This document shows, piece after piece, positions 57,365-64,000 of a stretch of 64,000 bases of DNA. The stretch comes from a bacterium (lineage in GTDB: Bacteria > UBA8248). Both the position numbers and the translations under genes were made by a program. The stretch covers positions 1 to 64,000 of the forward strand of contig CBDBZY010000003.1 of the NCBI GenBank assembly GCA_965213685.1, in the 5' to 3' direction. The notes below the pieces were generated by a model, which saw only the letters and a list, made by a program, of their open reading frames with translations, was not told the DNA's origin and did no database searches. Numbering within the stretch: position 1 is the first letter of the stretch; each line of letters opens with the position of its first letter.

Positions 57365-60306
57365 ATGGCCGCCGACGATATCATCCAGCGCATCCACGGC
57401 TCCCTGTTCTCGGCGGGGGCGCACCGCCCGTTCTTCCTGGACGATCCGGAGCGCGTCGTTTTTGTGCGGCAGGGCTACCTGGACATCTTCGTGGTCGAGG
57501 TGGCGGGCGGGGAGGTCGCCAGCCGCCAGCCGCACGTCACCCGCATCCCTGCGGGCGAGATGGCCTTCGGCGCGGAGAAGCTGGCGGGTGCCGCGTTCGT
57601 CAAGCCCAACGATCTCGCCTTTCTGGCCGTGCCCTCCCAGGACGCGGTTCTCATCGGGGGCAGGCGCGCCGGGCTCACCGGCAAGGAGAATTTCGACCTC
57701 GAAGCCCTGATATGGATCGACAACTGGCTCTTCCGCCTCTCGGAATTTCTGGTGCGCGGCGGCCAGCCGCTTCCGCGCGACGCGGTGCTGCTCGAGGCCG
57801 ACCCGGACGTTCCCTACCCGGCGGGCTCGGTCGTGAGCGCCCACCACTCGGACGTCATCTGGGTTTCGGCCAACCGGCCCATGCGCTTCGCCGGACGCGA
57901 CATGCTGCCCGTGGAGGCGGGCGACATCCAGCCGCTCTCCGAACGGACGTGGTTCGCTCTCGACGAGGACACCGAGGTCACCGCGATGCACACCCCGTCC
58001 GTCTTCGTCTCGGGGCGCCTGTGGGACGCTTTCGACCGCCACAGCCGGCTGGTGCTGGACTACGTGAACGTTTCGTGGACCGAGAAGACCGCCGCGGCAA
58101 AGGAGCGCTACCGGGTTTCCCTTTCCGGCCACGAGGCGGCCAGGAGCAGGATGTTTCAGCACCTAGGCGGCGTGCTGGGGGCGGCGGAGGACGACCGCGC
58201 CCCGGAGGCGGCCGCCCGTGCGTCGCTGCCGGCGGCGGTGAAGATCGTCGCCGAGTCCGTGGGCGCCTCCCTCCACCTCTCGGGCGCCGCGCCGGAGGGA
58301 AGCGATGCGGAGGAGACGATCATGCACCTGGCCGGCCCCTCCGGCATACGCGCGCGGCGGATATCCCTCGCCCCCGGCTGGTGGCGGCGGGACGGGCCGT
58401 CCTTCGTCGGGTTCGCGGCGGAGGGGGAGCGCCCATTCGCCCTGCTCGCGGACGGGCGCGGCCGCTACCGCTCTGTCGACCCGGAGACCGGCGCGTCGGC
58501 CGCCGTGAACCGCGAGGGCGCCGCCCGGCTCGCAAGCCACGGGGTGGTTCTCTATCCTCCGCTTCCGGACCGGATAGAAAGCGGCATGGCGGCGTTGCTC
58601 CACGTTCTGCGCCGGCACAAGCGGGACATCCGCACCGTGCTCTCCATGGCCGTTATGGGCGCCCTGTTCTCCCTGCTGATCCCGATCCTGACGGGTCAAC
58701 TTCTCGCCGAAATCATCCCGCGCGTCGACGTCCCGATGTGGGTCGCTAGCCTCGGCGCGCTTTTTCTCGGCACGATCGGCGCGACGATATTCCAGATCAT
58801 CCAGGCGCTGGCGCTTTTGCGCATCGAGGGCCGGGTGGGCGAAGACCTCCAGTCCGCCGTCTGGAGCCGGCTCCTCTCGCTGCCGGTGCCGTTTTTCCGA
58901 AACTTCGCCGCCGGCGAGCTGGCCGACCGCGCGAACGGCATCTTCGAGATACGCCAGTTGCTGACCAACGCCACCGTCGGCGCGGTGAGCAGCGGCATTT
59001 TCTCGATATCCAGCTACGCGCTCATGTTCTACTACAGCTGGCCGCTCGCGTTGTGCGTCCTCGCGCTGCTTTTCGCTTTTTTTTGGCATGAGCTGGATTT
59101 TCGCGCGCGGCCAGATGGAGCACTACCGCACCGCGTTCCGCACCCAGGGGGTCATCGACGGGCTCGTTTTCCAGATGATCACCGGAATTGCGAAGCTCCG
59201 CGTGGCGAACGCCGAAAACTACGCGCTCGCGCGCTGGGCGGAGCGGTTCGCCGAGCAGAAATACGCGACGCTGGCCGCGCGGCGCTGGGCCGCGGCGCAG
59301 TTTTCCTTCAACAGCATGTTCGTGCCGCTATCCTCGCTCGGCCTCGTCGCCTTCATCTGGTATGCGCTCATCGCCGGCGGCCAGCAGCCCGATTTCGACC
59401 TCGCCGCCTTCCTGTCCTTCAACGCCGCCTTCGGGCAGCTCGCCGCCGGGGTGACGGGGCTGACGGCCGCCTGGACGATAGCGGTGGTGACCGTCCCGCT
59501 TTTCGAGCGCGTCCAGCCCATCTTCGAGTCCCTGCCCGAGAGCGCCGACGGCGGCGAGATCGCCCCGAAAGACCTGACGGGAGACATCGAGTTCGTCAAC
59601 GTAACCTTCCGGTATCTGCCGGAGGGGGCCGAACGCGCTCGACGGGGTGTCCTTCCACATCCGCCCGGGCGATTATGTGGCCTTCGTCGGCGCGTCCGGT
59701 TCGGGCAAATCGACCATCTACCGCCTCATACTCGGCTTCGAGCGGCCCGCCTCGGGCACCGTGTTTCTCGACGGCTACGATCTGCTCAGCCTCGACCTGC
59801 CCAGGGTGCGCAGTCGCATGGGCGTGGTGCTGCAAAACGGCCAGCTCATTCCCGAGAGCATTTTCAAGAACATATCGAGTTCCGCCACGTTGACGGTGGA
59901 GGAGGCCTGGGCGGCCGCCCGGGCCGCCGGCATTGACGAGGACATCCGGGCCATGCCGATGGGCATGCACACCGTCCTTTCCGAGGGGGGCGGGCGGCGG
60001 CAGCCTGTCGGGCGGCCAGCGAAGCAGCGCCTGCTGATCGCCCGGGCGCTCGCCCGCAAGCCGCGCATCGTGCTGTTTGACGAGGCCACCAGCGCGCTGG
60101 ACAACCGCACCCAGGCGATCGTCCAGGCGTCGCTGAACAATCTCAGCATTACCCGCGTGGTGATCGCCCATCGTCTCACCACCGTCCAGGACGCCGACCG
60201 CATCTTCGTGCTGGAGGCGGGGCGGGTGGTCGAGAGCGGGCGATACCGCGAGCTCATGGAGCGCGACGGCGCCTTTGCGAGTCTGGCGAAACGCCAGATG
60301 AGCTAG
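57365..60306 (+). CDS. NHLM-type ABC transporter permease/ATP-binding protein without peptidase; several apparent indels (~59080, ~59626, ~59985-60022)
   Basis: WWRRDGP, SAVWSRLLSLPVPFFR, GIAKLRVA, GASGSGKST, GVVLQNG, FDEATSALDNRTQ. The LSGGQ signature is present but out of frame at ~60005-60019. Confidence 0.88.
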
Positions 60307-60459
60307 GGCGTTTCCGGGCGATTTCCGAGTCCCGTCCGCTTGCGCGGGGTTTCGCCGGAGAGGCGTCTTGCGCTTCGGTTCGTTTCTCCATAATATTTGA
60401 CTGCGCCATACCAACAGAACAAGAGAAAACGACCTTGCCAAAGAGGAGAGGCCAGGGAC

Positions 60460-62625
60460 ATGAAGCCAGCCGATTCAAGCCGCTTTGCCTTGCCCGCCGC
60501 GCGCGCGGCGACGAACCCCCCTGGACGGAGGGACGCCTCCCGGCCCAGCCGCCGCCCGTTCCGCTTTCTCGTCTGCGCGCTTGCTCTGGGATGCGCCTTG
60601 TGCGCACCGCCGGCGGCACAGGCGGGCGATTTCCGGCACGGCGAGCTCGAAGGCAGTCTGGACATCACGCTCTCCCATGGAATCACGTCCCGCGTCGAGG
60701 GCCGCGACAAGCGCCTCATCGGCGAGGGCAACGGCGGTTCCGCACGCTCCGTCAACTCCGATGACGGCAACCTCAACTATGACAGCGGACTGGTGAGCCA
60801 CACGTCGAAGTTCACCGGCGAGCTCGACCTCAATTACCGGAACTTCGGCGCGTTCGCCCGCGTCCACGGCTTTTTCGACTTCGAGAACGACAGGGGGAAG
60901 AGGGCGCGCAACCCCCTGACGGACGAGGCGAAGGACATGGTGGGAAAAGACCTCGACGTGCTGGACCTCTACCTCACCGGCGCGTTCGACCTCGGCGATG
61001 CGCGCATGGACCTGCGGCTCGGCAACCACGTGATCAGCTGGGGCGAGAGCACGTTCATCCAGAACAGCATCAACGTCATCAATCCGTTTGACGTGAACAA
61101 GCTGCGAACGCCGGGTGCGGAGTTGCGCGACGGGCTGGTGCCGGTTCCGATGGTCTCGGCGTCCGCCGCGCTGACGGACGCCCTCTCGGTGGAGGGGTTC
61201 TACCAGACGAAGTGGGAGAAGACGGAGATCGACCCTCCCGGCACCTATTTCTCGACGGGCGACTTCGCCGGCGCGGGCGCGCGAAAGGCCGTGCTCGGTT
61301 GGGGCGCCATTCCCGACACCGGTTTCGGGTTCGGGCCCATCACCCAGGCGATCAACGCCGACCTGCGGCGCTTCTCCGTCACCCACCCCACCCGGGGGGT
61401 TGTGCCGCTGCCCCAAACGCCGCAGGCGAACTTCGACGGCGACTTCCTGAGCGTGCTACGCGGGCGCAGCGACAAACCGGATGACTCCGGCCAGTGGGGG
61501 ATCGCGCTGCGCTACCTCGCGGAGGGCCTCAACAACACCGAGTTCGGCTTCTACTTCATCAATTACCACAGCCGTCTGCCGGTCTTCAGCGCGCGCACCG
61601 GCACGCAGCAGGGGGTATCGAGCGGCCTCTATGCGGCGGCGGCGGTGGGCGCGCCCGGCTCCGCCACCGTCGGCGCCATCACCCAGGCAGTCTCGGCGGA
61701 GGTCTCGTCCGCCGTCAAGGCCGGGTCGATCAGCGCCGCCGAGGCCCCCGGGATCATCCAGGCGCAGGTGAGCGCGCAGGCACAGCGCATCGCGGGCCTC
61801 CTCGCCATCGATCGCTACACGAAGACGGCGGGTTATTTCTTCGAATACCCCGAGGACATCCAGCTTCTGGGCGTCAGCTTCAACACCCAGCTGGGGGCGT
61901 CGGGCTGGGCGTTGCAAGGCGAATACTCCTACCGCCGCGACGCCCCCCTGCAGATTGACGATGTCGAGCTGCTGTTCGCGGCGCTCACGCCGCTGACCGA
62001 GGACCTCGCGAGCGGAACGGCCTGCGCGAAACCCTTTCAGTTCTACTGCCGGAACCAGGTGGGCGCCTTTGGCACCGAGGACTATATTCGCGGCTTCATC
62101 GAGCGCGACGTGAGCCAGGTGCAGGCCACCGCCACGAAGGTTTTCGGCCCCGTCATCGGGGCGAGCGGGCTGGTGTTCGTCGCGGAGGCGGCGCTGATGC
62201 GCGTGCACGACATGCCGGACAAGAGCAAGCTGCGCCTGGAGGGCCCCGGCACGCACACCAGCGGCAGTCCCTTTCACTCCACGGCACAGGGCGCGCACGC
62301 CGGCCTCGAGGCGGAGCCGTCGGATCGGTTCCCGACCGCCACCTCCTACGGCTACCGGGTCGCGGCGCGTCTGGACTACCTCAACGCCATCGGCGCGGTG
62401 AACGTCTCGCCGCGCGTGCAGTTTCAGCACGACGTTCAAGGCACCAGCCCGGGCCCCGGCGGGCCGTTCGTGGAGGGCCGGACCGCGGTGACCCTCGGGC
62501 TGGCGGCGAGCTATCTCAACCGCTGGCATTTCGACCTCAGCTACACCACGTTCGCCGGCGCCCGGCGATATAACCGGCTGAGCGACCGCGACTTCGTCTC
62601 CGCCACCGTCAAATACCTGTTCTAA
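60460..62625 (+). CDS. DUF1302-family outer-membrane protein
   Basis: Signal peptide, NSDDGNLNY, G.HVISWGESTFI, INPFDV..LR.PGAEL, GTYFST.D, NYHSRLP, EYPEDI, DRDFVS, C-terminal Phe. Confidence 0.88.
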   Translation: MKPADSSRFALPAARAATNPPGRRDASRPSRRPFRFLVCALALGCALCAPPAAQAGDFRHGELEGSLDITLSHGITSRVEGRDKRLIGEGNGGSARSVNSDDGNLNYDSGLVSHTSKFTGELDLNYRNFGAFARVHGFFDFENDRGKRARNPLTDEAKDMVGKDLDVLDLYLTGAFDLGDARMDLRLGNHVISWGESTFIQNSINVINPFDVNKLRTPGAELRDGLVPVPMVSASAALTDALSVEGFYQTKWEKTEIDPPGTYFSTGDFAGAGARKAVLGWGAIPDTGFGFGPITQAINADLRRFSVTHPTRGVVPLPQTPQANFDGDFLSVLRGRSDKPDDSGQWGIALRYLAEGLNNTEFGFYFINYHSRLPVFSARTGTQQGVSSGLYAAAAVGAPGSATVGAITQAVSAEVSSAVKAGSISAAEAPGIIQAQVSAQAQRIAGLLAIDRYTKTAGYFFEYPEDIQLLGVSFNTQLGASGWALQGEYSYRRDAPLQIDDVELLFAALTPLTEDLASGTACAKPFQFYCRNQVGAFGTEDYIRGFIERDVSQVQATATKVFGPVIGASGLVFVAEAALMRVHDMPDKSKLRLEGPGTHTSGSPFHSTAQGAHAGLEAEPSDRFPTATSYGYRVAARLDYLNAIGAVNVSPRVQFQHDVQGTSPGPGGPFVEGRTAVTLGLAASYLNRWHFDLSYTTFAGARRYNRLSDRDFVSATVKYLF

Positions 62626-62655
62626 CAGCCCAACAGCCAGGAAAGCGGAGTAGCC

Positions 62656-64000
62656 ATGAAAACCACCATCGTGAGACTCACCATCGCAATCGTCTTGGCG
62701 TGCGTCGCCACCAGTGCCTCCGCCGCGATTTCCGCCGATGCGGTTGCCCGCCTTGGCGGGGACCTCACCCCGCTGGGCGCGGAGCGCGCGGGCAACGCCG
62801 CCGGCACCATCCCGGAGTGGACGGGCGGCCTCACGGAGCCGCCGGCCGGCTATCGGCCCGGCGAGCACCACCGCGACCCCTACGCCGGCGACCGACCGCT
62901 TTTCGTCATCGACGCCAAGAATCTCGACAAACACCGCGACAAGGTGTCGACGGGGCACCAGAGGATGCTCGAGATATATCCGACGTTCCGGCTCCCGGTG
63001 TATCCCACCCGCCGCAGCGCCGCCTCCGCCCCGCAGCGCATCTACGACGCCACCCGGCGCGTCGCCGCGACCGCGAAGCTCGCGGCGGGCGGCAACGGCG
63101 TCGCGGGCGCGACGATAGGGACTCCGTTCCCGATTCCCCGGGACGGCGCGGAGGTGATCTGGAATCACCTGCTGCGCTATCGGGGGGAGGTCGCGAGGCG
63201 CATCATCGGCCAGGCCGCCGTCACGCGCGGCGGGGACTACACGCTCGTCAAGTTCGAGGACGCCTACATCATGCGCTACGCGCAGCCGGGCATGACGGAG
63301 GAGCGGCTCAACAACAAGATGCTGCTCTTCCGCCAGAACGTGCTCGCGCCGGCGCGGCTCGCGGGCAGCATCCTGCTGGTCTACGAGACGATGAACCAGG
63401 TCGCCGAGCCGCGCCACGCCTGGGTGTACAATCCCGGCCAGCGCAGGGTGCGGCGCGCCCCGAACGTCGCCTATGACAACCCGGGCACCGCGGCGGACGG
63501 GCTGCGGACGAGCGATCAGTTCGACATGTTCAACGGCGCTCTCGACCGCTACGACTGGCGGCTGCTCGGCAAGCGGGAGATGTATGTGCCCTACAACAGC
63601 TACAAGCTGCACAGCGACAAGCTGGCCTTCGCCGACATCCTCACCCCGCTGCACATCAATCCGGCGCATGCGCGCTACGAGCTGCACCGGGTCTGGGTGG
63701 TCGAGGCGACGCTCAAGGAGGGGGCGCGCCACATCTACAAGAGGCGCAGGTTCTACGTGGACGAGGACTCCTGGCACGTCCTGCTCGCGGACATCTATGA
63801 CAACAGGGATCAGCTCTGGCGCGTGTCGGAGGCCCACGTCGTCAACTATTACGAAAAATCCGTCGTGTCCTCGACCCTCGAGACGCACATCGATATCCAG
63901 GCGGGCCGCTACCTCGCCCTGGGGCTCAAGAACGAGTTCCCGATGATCGACTTCGACGCGAACCTCACGCCCAATGATTTCACGCCGGCGGCGTTGCGCC
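62656..64000 (+). CDS. DUF1329-family periplasmic protein (runs off the right edge)
   Basis: Not in the ORF track because it has no stop in the window. MKTTIVRLTIAIVLACVATSASA signal peptide, LTPLGAERAGNAAGTIPEWTGG, YPTRR, PFPIP, WNH, YNPGQRRVRRAP, RYELHRVWVVEATLK. Confidence 0.9.
   Translation, partial: MKTTIVRLTIAIVLACVATSASAAISADAVARLGGDLTPLGAERAGNAAGTIPEWTGGLTEPPAGYRPGEHHRDPYAGDRPLFVIDAKNLDKHRDKVSTGHQRMLEIYPTFRLPVYPTRRSAASAPQRIYDATRRVAATAKLAAGGNGVAGATIGTPFPIPRDGAEVIWNHLLRYRGEVARRIIGQAAVTRGGDYTLVKFEDAYIMRYAQPGMTEERLNNKMLLFRQNVLAPARLAGSILLVYETMNQVAEPRHAWVYNPGQRRVRRAPNVAYDNPGTAADGLRTSDQFDMFNGALDRYDWRLLGKREMYVPYNSYKLHSDKLAFADILTPLHINPAHARYELHRVWVVEATLKEGARHIYKRRRFYVDEDSWHVLLADIYDNRDQLWRVSEAHVVNYYEKSVVSSTLETHIDIQAGRYLALGLKNEFPMIDFDANLTPNDFTPAALR

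Noticed and set aside
168-63946. Many long Arg/Pro/Gly/Ala-rich ORFs in the track (e.g. 5555-8077 +, 52851-55175 -, 55061-58162 -, 61456-63888 -)
   Set aside because: Shadow frames opposite or overlapping clearly recognisable genes, as expected in high-GC DNA; they carry no motifs.
1-64000. CRISPR array, integron attC array, rRNA, IS/transposase, integrase, reverse transcriptase
   Set aside because: No regularly spaced repeats or diagnostic protein motifs were seen by eye.

Overview
GC-rich bacterial chromosomal window, densely coding. It contains no rRNA, CRISPR array, integrase or transposase. Left to right: (1) coenzyme F420 biosynthesis operon on the minus strand (cofG-cofH-FrhB/FpoF-like Fe-S flavoprotein-standalone FbiB-C/FbiE-like nitroreductase-cofD-cofC, running off the left edge); (2) catabolic genes (CaiB CoA-transferase, aroE, Zn-ADH, amidase with a GatC-like tail, CitE-like lyase, LLM oxidoreductase, D-tartrate dehydratase-like enolase); (3) glgX-glgB, a PNPOx-family protein, tRNA-Cys(GCA) and hemE-hemH-hemY; (4) a DUF6941/antitoxin/RelE module whose toxin is split by a ~1.1 kb foreign insert; (5) a NapF-like ferredoxin, a DCC protein and a LeuC/LeuD-like pair; (6) a ~12 kb polyprenyl-phospho-arabinose glycosylation locus (HAD-UbiA, DprE1, DprE2, four GT-C-like membrane proteins) that holds five of the six 15-24 nt poly-G/C tracts in the window, a possible phase-variable contingency locus; (7) more catabolic genes, a USP and a sugar-type ABC importer; (8) a RiPP locus with two different double-glycine precursors (one NHLP-leader, one short-leader) whose cores share a D-R-W-x-[DN] motif, divergent from an NHLM-type three-gene exporter, with no maturase in the window; (9) DUF1302 and DUF1329 (partial). 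Many single-base frameshifts in short homopolymers, including in housekeeping genes, point to long-read indel errors, so every frame-dependent call needs read-level checking. All family assignments come from motif recognition by eye; no database searches were run.
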